A stretch of DNA of 64,000 bases from Podarcis muralis (taxonomy: Eukaryota): NCBI RefSeq assembly GCF_964188315.1, contig NC_135656.1, forward strand, positions 62,806,001-62,870,000. Reading direction: 5' to 3'. Shown here piece by piece: positions 24,866 through 35,880 of this stretch. Both the position numbers and the translations under genes were made by a program. A model generated the notes under the pieces. It was not told where the DNA came from. It was given only the letters and a program-made list of their open reading frames with translations, and made no database searches. Every line of letters begins with the position of its first letter. Positions within the stretch are counted from its first letter, which is position 1.

Positions 24866-24919
24866 CAGTATGAAGGTTGGGTCTGAAAGCTCCCAAAGGG
24901 TGGACCTAGCCCAAGGCTG
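24866..24919 (+). promoter_or_regulatory. SECIS-like element (type II fold) of GPX3 with a non-canonical core
   Basis: ATGA at 24870; 10-bp helix II (GGTTGGGTCT 24875-84 with GGACCTAGCC 24902-11); unpaired AAA at 24886-88; GCTC/GGGT mini-stem; helix I CAG/CTG. The 3' core reads CAAG rather than NGAN. Confidence 0.75.
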
Positions 24920-25065
24920 CGAAGGGACAGTGGAGCAGCTCTTCTAGTGCATTCGTGCTGCCCCACAACTCACCTTTGCAGAGATGCAGTCCTTCTGATC
25001 AGCCCCACGATCCTAGCCTCTTTTGCTTCCACACCCACCCTGTGTATGAAAACCTGCCTAATAAT

Positions 25066-25071
25066 ATTAAA
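25066..25071 (+). terminator. Candidate GPX3 polyadenylation signal ATTAAA
   Basis: First AWTAAA hexamer downstream of the SECIS-like hairpin. Confidence 0.45.
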
Positions 25072-26067
25072 AAACAGCAAGCACTCAATGCAACTTGTGA
25101 GAGACTCTCCTTTAAGCAAGGGTGCAGATCTGGTGGCAATACAAGATGTGTGTTCCTTGGAGAATTTGGATCCTCTAGCTAGGTTACAGTCTCAACAAAA
25201 TGAGAGCTTGTCTATACTGCCACTAGCATTCTCACTAAGCCAAGACCCTCCACATCCATCCCAGGCAGCACTGACAGTGCTCAGGGATTATGGGAACTGT
25301 GGTTCAGCAGCATTTGGAGGGATACAGGTTAGGCACCCCAATTTATAGAGTGTCTTTAGAGGGTACGAAAGCCATTCACACAATGATCCTTTATGACAAC
25401 TCTAAGCTGAGTCGGTAATCTTCTTCTCATATATAGAGAGAGGCTTGCTTAAGGCAACCTAATGAGTTTGCTATTTAGGTGAAAACGGAACAGAAGGGGT
25501 TTCTGGTTAGAGCTCATCCTTTTTTGCTCTGTGTTATCATACTAAAAACTGCCCCTGTTAAAGAAAAGAAACCAGTTTTCCCACTGCAAAACTGTGTGAT
25601 AGCATTAGAATCTGATATCCTGAATCCATTCTGTATCCAGTTGCCCTGGTTCAGGCAGTTTCCCCTTGGTGTTCACTTCATGCAAATATAGATTCAAAGA
25701 GAAGATAAAATACACAAGCACACAACACACACACAACTTGGATCTTCTCTTTCACTTTTTGCACTGTGGATCAGGGGTAGCTAACCAGTGGCTGAACTAC
25801 AACTCCCATCATCCCTGATCCCATAGCCCATATTGGTTGGTGCTAATGGGTCCAACATCCAGAGGACTACTGGCTCCCCATCTATGCTGTGCAGTGAATT
25901 ATTTCTTACAGGTGATGAAGGGAAATATCCAAAGCCCTGACACTCATCCTCTTTTCATTTATGGCAATCCAAAAGGCATCTAATAAATAGCACCAGATAG
26001 CACAAAGACACATTTCACTTCGACATAACACTCCAGGGACTGTAGATCACATGGGGGGAAATCACAC

Positions 26068-26073
26068 TTTATT
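26068..26073 (-). terminator. Candidate TNIP1 polyadenylation signal AATAAA
   Basis: TTTATT on +; the first canonical minus-strand hexamer found downstream of the TNIP1 stop (implies a ~2.8 kb 3'UTR). Confidence 0.45.
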
Positions 26074-28861
26074 AGGAATAGAATAAAATTAATATATATA
26101 ATTAATATCATTTTGCCGAAACAAAATGTCTCTAACATTTATACAATAGGAGGAGCGGCAAGCAAAAATACTAGGTGTTACTATTTAGAGTGATGTGTAC
26201 AGTAAATTCTAATCAGGCTTTCCTTCACCTCTTTCTTTCCTATGACAGAAAGAAAAGGGGGGTTACAAGTGCCCCCGCCATAACATCTATGTTTGGGGTG
26301 GTATGCATTGATCTTGTAATGTAACATTTTGTAAATTGTTATTCTTTCCCTCTGTGAGGACAAGAAAAAAGGACCACCCTTTATGGTTACTTCCCAAGGA
26401 AAGAGTTTTCCCTGCAGAGTTTGATCGCTGACTATTTGTAAACATCCAATTCTAGTTTCAAATGAGCCCAGGCATTAACCATTTGAGCAGAGGCATACCT
26501 AAGTTCCCGGCACCTCTGAAGCCAGGAGATACCATGGACCAGAAACTCAAAGAGTTTGCCTTTCACGCTCCACTATTGACTTCCTTTGCGGCCATCAGGG
26601 TCGAGTCCGCTTTGCTCAGCCTCCCTACCACCACCTCCTCCACTGATCCCTCTGTTTGCCTACCTGCCTTTCTTCCACCCTCCACTCACTGCTTCCTCTT
26701 CTGCTTCCTTCCTTTTCGCTCCTCTTGCAACTCATGTCTTTCTTCCCTCCAAGCTCACAACGGGGACCTGCAGAGGTGCCCAGAGCAGTCTGTGCACCTC
26801 GTCCAGCCACCCAAAGCAGTGGAGTGGCAGCCCAGAGAGCGTGCCGATGGGCAGAGAGCCAGAGTGGAGGGGCACGATTTTGGTGCCACCCTGGGCTGGC
26901 ACCCTTGGCGAGAGCCAACCTGGCCAACCCCTGGTACACCCCTACATTGGAGTATTCCAGTTATTACAGCAGCATGTAACAAGCCATTTGTACCACCTCT
27001 TGCATAGCACACTTTGAAAGAAATGTTTATGACAATTAGGTTAGCTGGATTAGCATTTCAAAACAGTTTTTTTTAAAGCAATCTGTGGTTGAAACAAGTG
27101 TAGGTTTTACAGAAATGTCAAAATAAAGGGCACCTTTGTTTCCTTAGGGATTATCATGCTGAGGAACAGTGAACAGTGGAAACCTTACTGACCAAAGTCT
27201 TTGCACACTCTGACTCAGCCACTTTCTATATGCACTTATTTTCTTTTTCATCCTACCTATTCACCGTATGGTGCACCCTCATAATTAATTTGTCTCTTAA
27301 AAAGCAACAGCCATCCCTTCCCTGTATTTCATCTTTCATTCATGCACATTCTAAGGTCCCTCCCATCTTAATATGAAGCCTCTCCACTTCCACAAGCATG
27401 CTGCTGCTTTGTTGGAGAAACCAACCTCTGTGCGAGGAGGAGGGAGGAGATTGGGGAAGAAACCGTACATCGAGCCAGTGTGCAGAATGCCTATAGAAAG
27501 CGGAGCCCCAATTGCATCCAAGCTGTTTCATTATACCATCAATGCTCTTTTAAAAGTAACACAGCTGACCACAACACATGCAATCGGTGGTCACACAGCT
27601 GTGATTCCTTCCGACTCATGTAAAACAGTGGTAACATCAGAAGTACCACTTATAGCAGAGTTTTTAAACTTTGATTTTATGCAACACATATTCCTCAAAA
27701 GCCTTTGCTGGTCACTATTGCCCTGCACCAGGAGTGCAACTCTTCTTCGTTTTTTAAACTAAACTACCACATTTACAGCACAACCTTATTCTGGAGTGAA
27801 TCCCACTGGCCTCAAGTGGACTTACGCCAAGGAAAGTGGATTGCAGCCAAAGATTAGCTATTCTCGTTAACACATCCAGTCCATCAGGAATCATTTAAAA
27901 ACTGCCTTGCTAGATCAGACTGGAAGCAGCAAGCTGTCTTCAAGAGTTGAGAGAGAGAAGCTGTGCAGCAACACCTGCTAGCCTGTTTGCAGACCACATT
28001 TACATTGAGACTAATGGGTTCGATTTCATACTGTGGGATCCAAAAGGGACAGGGACAGAGTTTCAGGCTCAGGAAAACAATGCAGGAAGCTGCAGATGCT
28101 AAGAGGAGGGTAAATTAAGGTCTATGCATAAACTGAGTGTGTGGCGCAATACACAAACAAATACTAGTTTTAACCACGCTGAACAGCACAACTCAGTGGA
28201 AGCAGAATGTTTCCTTGGGCTAAACCACTGGATTTGACATGCAAATTAAAAAAAATATATTCAGCATGGGGAAAGTATATTTTACTTCCTATACACTATA
28301 CAGGGATTGGATTTCTCCTTCTCCCTACCCCCTTGCAAAAATTCAGTGTCTGTAACCTGTCCAGGCATTGACCACAACAGCTGCTCTGCAAAAGTCATTT
28401 TGCACATAGAATGTTTCCGCTGACACCAAATTCAGATGCTGTAAATGTAAAGCTGTCACATCACAGGGGGAATCAGCTAGATATAGGTTCTGTTGACACA
28501 GGGCTGCCAGTGTTTGCCACTGGAATCTGATAGCAGATCCATGGCTGTTGAATCCTTGAGGTCAGAAAGAGTTATTCATCCAAATGCTGAGTGTGAGTGA
28601 GAGGGAGACCCAGGTAGTTATTTCCAGTGGTTTTCCCCGTAACACTGGGCCACTGTCACTCCTTGGCAGTATCTTCCATACGTCTTCAGAAATTCCTGCT
28701 AAAGCTGCTGTTAGCTCAAGCATCCAAGTGTACATGTATTCCATGTACACAGATAAATGTGAATAGTGTCCGGGAGCACAAGGAGGCTTTTATCTGTACA
28801 TGCAGACTCACATGCGTATATCACAACTCCATTTCTTATGCTCTTGCACATGGCCATAGAG

Positions 28862-28905
28862 TTAGGCGGGCCTTTGGTTTTTAGGTAACCCAAGGCCTGT
28901 AGGGT
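28862..28905 (-). CDS. TNIP1: TNIP1 last coding exon to TAA
   Basis: Strong acceptor tttttgtctttcag; (D)PTGLGLPKNQRPA*; the PKN motif resembles the mammalian C-terminus. Confidence 0.8.
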
Positions 28906-31900
28906 CTGAAAGACAAAAACACACAAATATTACAAAAAGTGGCAGACAGGTCTTTGGTCAACAATATACTATTATGTTCAGCTCACAGAGATTTGAGCTG
29001 AACTGAATCCACCATCCCAATCCTCACCAACAGCAACTGCTGAGAACTCCATAGCCAAATGCCCGGTGGATATTTAAAATCTGGCCAATGACATTTAGTA
29101 TATTTCAGCCGCATCTGCACAACACACTAAACTGTGGTTTAGTACAGGGGCCACCAGTTTTTGGCGGGTCATCAGCACAGTTACAAAATGTTGAGGGCTA
29201 GGTGAAGGGAGAGCTAGGGAGGCCCAAAGACACACACCTCTGGCTCCTTGAAACACTGAGGCGCAAGTTTTCCATGAACTTGAAGACCAGTTAGATCTCT
29301 GTGAATCGCATGCATCAGAAACTCATGTGACCTTTCAGGCATGAAAAAGATTTGCACCTTCAAGCAAAGATTTGCACCTCCTTTCCTCCTATTTATTCAG
29401 GGCCCGTTTGTGTGTTAGGATAGGCAGGCGAAGGCAGCTTGAAACAGCGCCCTCACAGCACACAGGGTGTGGCTGCCGTAGAGTGAACCTCCCCAGTTTT
29501 GTGTGGCAAATTGGCATGTCACCACAAAGCCACCTATGTCAGGTGCTAGTGATGGCATTTCCATGCAATGGAAATGATCTACCATGTGGAGCAGCCAAAC
29601 GTTTCTGAACTGTTATCACAGCAGATAAGAAGACCCTTCGAGGAGAGGAGGAAAAGCAGCATTCACAATAGCTCTCGGGAATTTCACCAAAGAAGTTTGA
29701 ACCTCTTTCTTACCCGATTCCTTGGGGAGTTGTTTCCCACCATCTGGCGCTTGTGCGTTCTGATTTTGTGAAATAACACATGGTGGATACCAGGTATATT
29801 CAGGCTAAAGTGAGCAAGACATAAATAAACAAGCATAAACATGGCACACCGCTAATGCGTGCTTCAAAATGGAAACTTTGCTTCTCCAAACTGAATGGCC
29901 CCACTGGCAATAGGCTAAGCAGAACCGTTCATTCTGGGGTGAACATGCCCTGGATTCCTTCAAGAGGAAGAACTTAATATGAATTCTATAACTAAAGAAA
30001 GAATCAGGCCATGCAACAAAATTTTGAGCACAGATTCTGGTAGGCAAAGCCAACAATTTCAGATTTTGGAAAACGGGAGAAGTAGAGCTGCTCGTTCTGG
30101 GCATTCGCTTACACCTGGAGTTTTGCACAGAATCTGGCACAATCCTGAGACTCTGATCTTCATTTATTTTTTAACGAGGCAATGGATGGCTTTATACTTA
30201 TAGCCTCCAGTTCCCAGCTGCCTTTTTTCACAGCCCTGATGCCTTCTGATTTAGTTAACTCACAGGAGGGAATCGATGGTAGTTCTGAACCGGAGGACGC
30301 TCATTTGGCATTGCCGCTGGTGGGTAACGGATCTGCTGCCACTCCTCATAACCATGATACATGTGGGGCTGGACTGGAGTGGGGCACTGGAACTGGTACA
30401 TGGGGCAGACTGGGGCCACCGGTCCTGGCTGCGGCTCTGGATGAAGCCTGTCACCAGAATGCTGTAAGTGAGAAAGCAGGAGGCTGAGAATGATGCAAAC
30501 ACAGATAAGCCATACACAAGGCTAATGATTTACTACTGGAATATTTGGGCACCAATAGGAGGGAGGTTATCCTGTACTTTTCATCCAGGGACATTTCATC
30601 CTGGGCTGACTGAAGGAACACTATGCCCCCTTCACTGTATTTTGATCTCACTGTTGCCAGGAGGAAAAAGTAAGCGTAGGCTGAGAAAAAGGAGTTACCT
30701 TTTAAATAAAAGCAGTGGATAGTAAGAGAAAAATGACTCAGATCTAATCTGGACCTACATGTAGAAGCAATTTTGATCTCCCTGGATAGGTAAACAGAAA
30801 GCCATCTACAGACAACTCTGACACTGTCAATTTAATGGGATATCATGCCCTATAGTCTGTGGGGCAGAACCAGTCCTTACCAGCTGGGGTGGATTAAANN
30901 NNNNNNNNNNNNNNNNNNNNNNNNNNNNNNNNNNNNNNNNNNNNNNNNNNNNNNNNNNNNNNNNNNNNNNNNNNNNNNNNNNNNNNNNNNNNNNNNNNNN
31001 NNNNNNNNNNNNNNNNNNNNNNNNNNNNNNNNNNNNNNNNNNNNNNNNNNNNNNNNNNNNNNNNNTTATCAGCCACAATGGCATTGGTAATTGGTTGCTT
31101 TCCCTGAAAGAAAAACAATTATGTAAAAAAATAGGTAATATCCAGTTTGGGGCTAGAAGTTTCACACCTTTCGCCCAATTAGGGTTCAATTTGACTGGAA
31201 AACATCCACAATGTATGGAAATAATTTATGGGTGCGTCATGGCAAAGAGAATATCATAAGAAGAGGCCACTTGGCCATCTGGTCCAGCATCCTGCTCTCA
31301 CAGTGGCCAACCCGATGCTTGTTGGAAACCCGTAAGCAGGACCCCAACACAAGAGCGGTCTCCCCTCTGGCAGTTCCCAGAAACTGGAAACATTACTGCT
31401 TCCAACCATGAAAGCAGAGCATAGCCATCGTGGCTAGTAGCCACTGAAAGCTTAATTCTCCATGAATTTGTCTAATCCTCTTTTTAGGTCATCCAAGTTG
31501 GTTATTCAGATTAACTTGGGACAGAATGGACTTGTGGGTGAACACATGCAAAAGTGACCCGATTCATTCATTGATCCCTAGTACAAACTGGCCCTAAGGA
31601 AGCTACCAAAAAATTATACAAGTGATTGGAATCTGAGCCACATGTCAAAGTTGGGTGAAGAATTTATTATTTATACCCCGCCCATCTGGCTGAGTTTCCC
31701 CAGCCACTCTGGGCAGCTCCCAATCAAGTGTTAAAAACAATTCAGCATTAAATATTAAAAACTTCCCTAAACAGGGCTGCCTTCATATGTCTTTTAAAAA
31801 TAGGATAGCTGCTTATTTCCTTGACATCTGATGGGAGGGTGTTCCACAGGGCGGGCACAACTACTGACAGGCCCTCTGTCTGGTTCCCTGTAACCTCACT

Positions 31901-34900
31901 TCTCGCAATGAGGGAACCGCCAAAAGGCCCTCGTCGCTGGATCTCAGTGTCCGGGCTGAACAATGGGGGTGGAGATGCTCCTTCAGGTATACAGGACCGA
32001 GGCCGTTTAGGACTTTAAAGGTCAGCATCAACACTTTGAATTGTGCTCGGAAACGTACTGGGAGCCAATGCAGATCTCTCAGGACCGGTGTTAAATGGTC
32101 CCGGCGGCCACTCCCAGTCACCAGTCTAGCTGCCGCATTCTGGATTAATTGCAGTTTCCGGGTCACCTTCAAAGGTAGCCCCATGGAGAGCGAATTGCAG
32201 TAGTTCAAGCGGGAGATAACTAGAGCATGCACCACTCTGATGAGACAGTCTGTGGGCAGGTAGAGTCTCAGCCTGCGTACCAGGTGGAGCTGGTAGACAG
32301 CCGCCCTGGACACAGAATTAACCTGCGCCTCCATGGACACCTGTGAGTCCAAAATGACTCCCAGGCTATGCACCTGGTCCTTCAGGGGCACAGTTACCCC
32401 ATTCAAGACCAGGGAGTCCCCCACACCCGCCCGCCCCCTGTCCCCCCAAAACAGTACTTCTGTCTTTTCAGGATTCAACCACAATCTGTTAGCCACCATC
32501 CATCCTCCAGGCACTCACACAGGACATTCACTGCCTTCACTGGTTCTGATTTAAAAGAGAGGTAGAGCTGGAGGTCATCTGCATACTGATGAACACCCAG
32601 CCCAAACCCCAATGATCTCTTCTAGCGGCTTCATATAGATATTAAAAAGCATGGGGGAGAGGAGAGTGAGAGCTCAGGGGTCTGAACACTCATCCCCCAA
32701 CACCACTTTCTGGACACAGCCCAGGAGAAAGGAGTAGAACCACTGTATAACAGTGCCCCCAGCTCCCAGCTCCTCTGAACAGTCCACCTAGCAGTTCAAC
32801 TGGCTGTGACCTAAATTTGGTATTGCCTGAGCAGTCATATCTTTCAGCACAATGCTTTTCCTAGCATGGCGTTCTGTACCTGTTTGTGCTGCTTGAGCAG
32901 CTTCTTGAACTTGTCCTTCTCTTCCTTCTCTTTACGATAGTCCTCTTTAAAAATCTGCATCTGGCAGGGAGAGAGAAGGCCACAGGTAAGCGGGGAGCTA
33001 AAGGATTCCCGGTCAACTGCACGCTGGGAAGGAGGCCAGGCAAATTAAATGCAAACATTCTGCTCAAATCTGCTAGAGCTGCTGAGCTCCCTCCAAATCT
33101 GGGTGCCCTCGTGGAGCACAAAAGGCAGCACATAACACAGTTCTTTGGCTCTAGGCCTCTGCGTGGATATAAGGAGAGGTTGCCCCAGCATACTCTTACA
33201 AAGGTCCAGTGAGGTCGCATGACTGAGGGAAGTAAGAGGCCATACTAGATTTCGACGGACAAGCTAGACAGCAAGAACCACTTCTGGCTGAGGGAGCAAC
33301 TACCCAATCTTACTTGAACACACCTTGTCTTTGCTTACTGGCATGCCTCTTCCCCCTCTCCTTCCAAAACAAATGACACAATTATCTCTTTTCCCTTAAG
33401 GATAAAACAGGCAGCAGATGTGAGCAACCTGTGGAGCAGGGATGGGGAACCTGTGGCTCTCCATGACACCGCTGGACTCCCATCAGTCCCTGCCAGCATG
33501 ATCAATGGGTAGGGATGACGGGTGCTGTGGCTCAGCAACACCTGGAGGGCCACAGGTTCCCCAGCCCTGATATAGGAGTGAAGTGACTGAACTATGGCTT
33601 GTGAACTGCATCCCGATTCTGAAGAACTTCCAGAAGATGCCTTCGCTTTGTGAGATTTTGCCTCTTTGTTCTCCTGGCTACCCTCTGGGAGAAGGCGGAC
33701 AGTCTTAGTGCAGCAATGCAGGATATAGAAGGGATCCCCCTGAAGATCACAGCTAGGCCTAGGAGAAGGCAATGGGAAGCAGGCTGATAAAGACAGGGGG
33801 GAGAGAGAAGTGGAAGTGCCCAAAAAGGACACTGATGTGGGGGGAGGGAACATGGGAGATGAAACTAATGGTGGATAGAAAGGCTCTGTAGCAGTCTTTT
33901 GGATTTTGGAAAGCACAGGGCAGCTGGATCAGTCAGCAGGCTGGGATTTCAGAGTGGCTTAATTGTCATCCCCTTCATTGCACAGCTTCCTTTTTGAAAC
34001 CAGAATGTGCCTTCTGGGTTCCTACCTGGCTGTTGGTGAGCACCAACTGCTTCTGAAGCTTATCCAGCTGCTGCTTCAGCTCCTCCTTCTCCTCGTTCAT
34101 CCTTTCTCTGTCGCTCCGCTCCCGCTGAAAGTCCTCCTCAAAAATCTTCACCTGGCAGGGAACAAGAGGCAGTGAAGTCCTTGGTTCACAGAGATACAAT
34201 CCCAATGTATGGCAAGCGCCAAGTGTCCCAACGCTGATGTCAGGAAAAGGCAATGGGCACAACCGTGTTTTGAGCCCAACTTCAAAGACGTTAACAACAA
34301 CAACAACATTGTACCCTGCCCATCTAACTGGGTTGCCCCAGCCTGGGAGGCACAAGCTTAGGAGGCAAAAGGAACACTGTGTTTTCTGGAAATAACTTTT
34401 GTGCTCACAAATGGTGTCAAGCCAAGGGGAGTCCTAGTTTCATGGAAGCCTGCCATACCTGTTGCTTTAGGAGCTCATTCTGGGTCACCACCTCCTGATG
34501 CCGGACAGATGCTCCAGGTTCAATGGGGCTGTTGAAGGCCGAAGGGGAAGGAGCAGAGGCTTGAACGTTCAGGGCCTCTTCTAAGGCCTGAGGAGAGTCA
34601 GGAACAGAGAGGACAGTTAAAATGGTCTTTTCTCCACAGCAGCTTAGCATCAGTAAACAATATGTTTGCAGATATTGTAAGAGATTTAAGGCTATTTTAC
34701 TGTCCAGGAAAGCTCATAACCTGGGGTAGGAAAAACTGGCATGGCTACAGAGAAGCAGAAGTATATTACCCACCTTATTAAGCCGTAAAATCTCCTTCTC
34801 CTGGTACTCCCTTTGCCTGGTGACTGGAGCCAACTGATCCTGAAGGAATTTCACCCTCTGTTTTAGGTCTTTCACCTCACTGGCAAGTCTCTCCTTTTCT

Positions 34901-35838
34901 GCCTGAGAAAGACAAAGTCATACAAGTCAAGACAGCCGTATACCTTAGGACCACAGATCCTCATTCTACCACCCTCCCTCCCTGCCTCAAAACCAGAAGT
35001 AGAAGAACTGGAAATGAAATAAAATGAATGAGAATTGGGAGATTTTAAAAATAAATTTCAGGCTCCTGCCTTGCAGATTCCTTTACCTTCTTGAGAACAT
35101 ACTGTCACAGACAAGGTGTTGCTATACTACAACTCCCATCAGCCCCAGAAAGCATGGTCAATGGCCAAGGGATTATGGGCGTTGTAGTTCAGCAACATCT
35201 GGAGGGCCAAAAGTTCCCCACACCTGCCACTGACTAATTGTCTATAACTGGGTAGCCTGCTGAAATCTCAACAAATGCAAGTGGCTATAGCTTTGCCATC
35301 ATAATTCAAACTGCCTGTCCATCCCTCTAACCCATGTCCTATCCTCTCTGGTCAAATATACTATCTAGCTCATCTACCTTCACACTAGACAGGCTCAGTA
35401 TCCCATGCTCAGTATCTTTGGTCTCATCTTTTATAACAGGGATGCAGAACTTGTGAGTGGGACTACAACTCCCATCATCCCTGACTATTGGCCACGGTGG
35501 GTGCTGATGCATTTCCAGGGAGTGTCGGACCTCTTATCAGACTCACCTCCTCCTCTTCAATCTTGGATTTAGCCAGCAGGAGCTTACGGTCAAAATCCCT
35601 CTGCTTCTGCTCTCGTTCTGCCTCCAGCTCCCCCAGGGCTTTCTGGGAGTCAGCAAGCTTCTGCCGTAGATCTGTTATCTGCCAGGAGGGGAAGATGACA
35701 TGAAACATGAAACAAACCGCAGAACACAGCTAGAAATACTGTAAACTTTTAAAAATATGCAGTATCTCTTGTCTGACTGTATGAGAATACTATAGAGCAA
35801 TGAGAATAAAAATGCTGATAAAATGGGACATCTCAGAC

Positions 35839-35880
<42 letters not shown>

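Noticed and set aside
24920-24923. CGAA as an alternative canonical 3' SECIS core
   Set aside because: Using it destroys helix II (G-G and U-C oppositions); the 10-bp register ending at 24911 is far better.
26462-27017. Overlapping 100-181 aa ORFs
   Set aside because: They lie in the inferred TNIP1 3'UTR, are low-complexity, and show no recognisable domain or splice structure.
30899-31065. Gap hiding a required TNIP1 exon
   Set aside because: Exon 15 (phase 0) joins exon 16 in frame and the protein is complete; an optional exon cannot be excluded.
31861-32514. 217-aa ORF as a host gene
   Set aside because: It is the L2 reverse-transcriptase C-terminal remnant.
33335-33916. 193-aa sense ORF in TNIP1 intron 14 containing KAKASSG, similar to human KAK|ASG
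   Set aside because: The best acceptor is out of phase with exon 14, there is no GT donor at the motif, part of the ORF is a MITE, and the real exon 15 is at 32880-32960.
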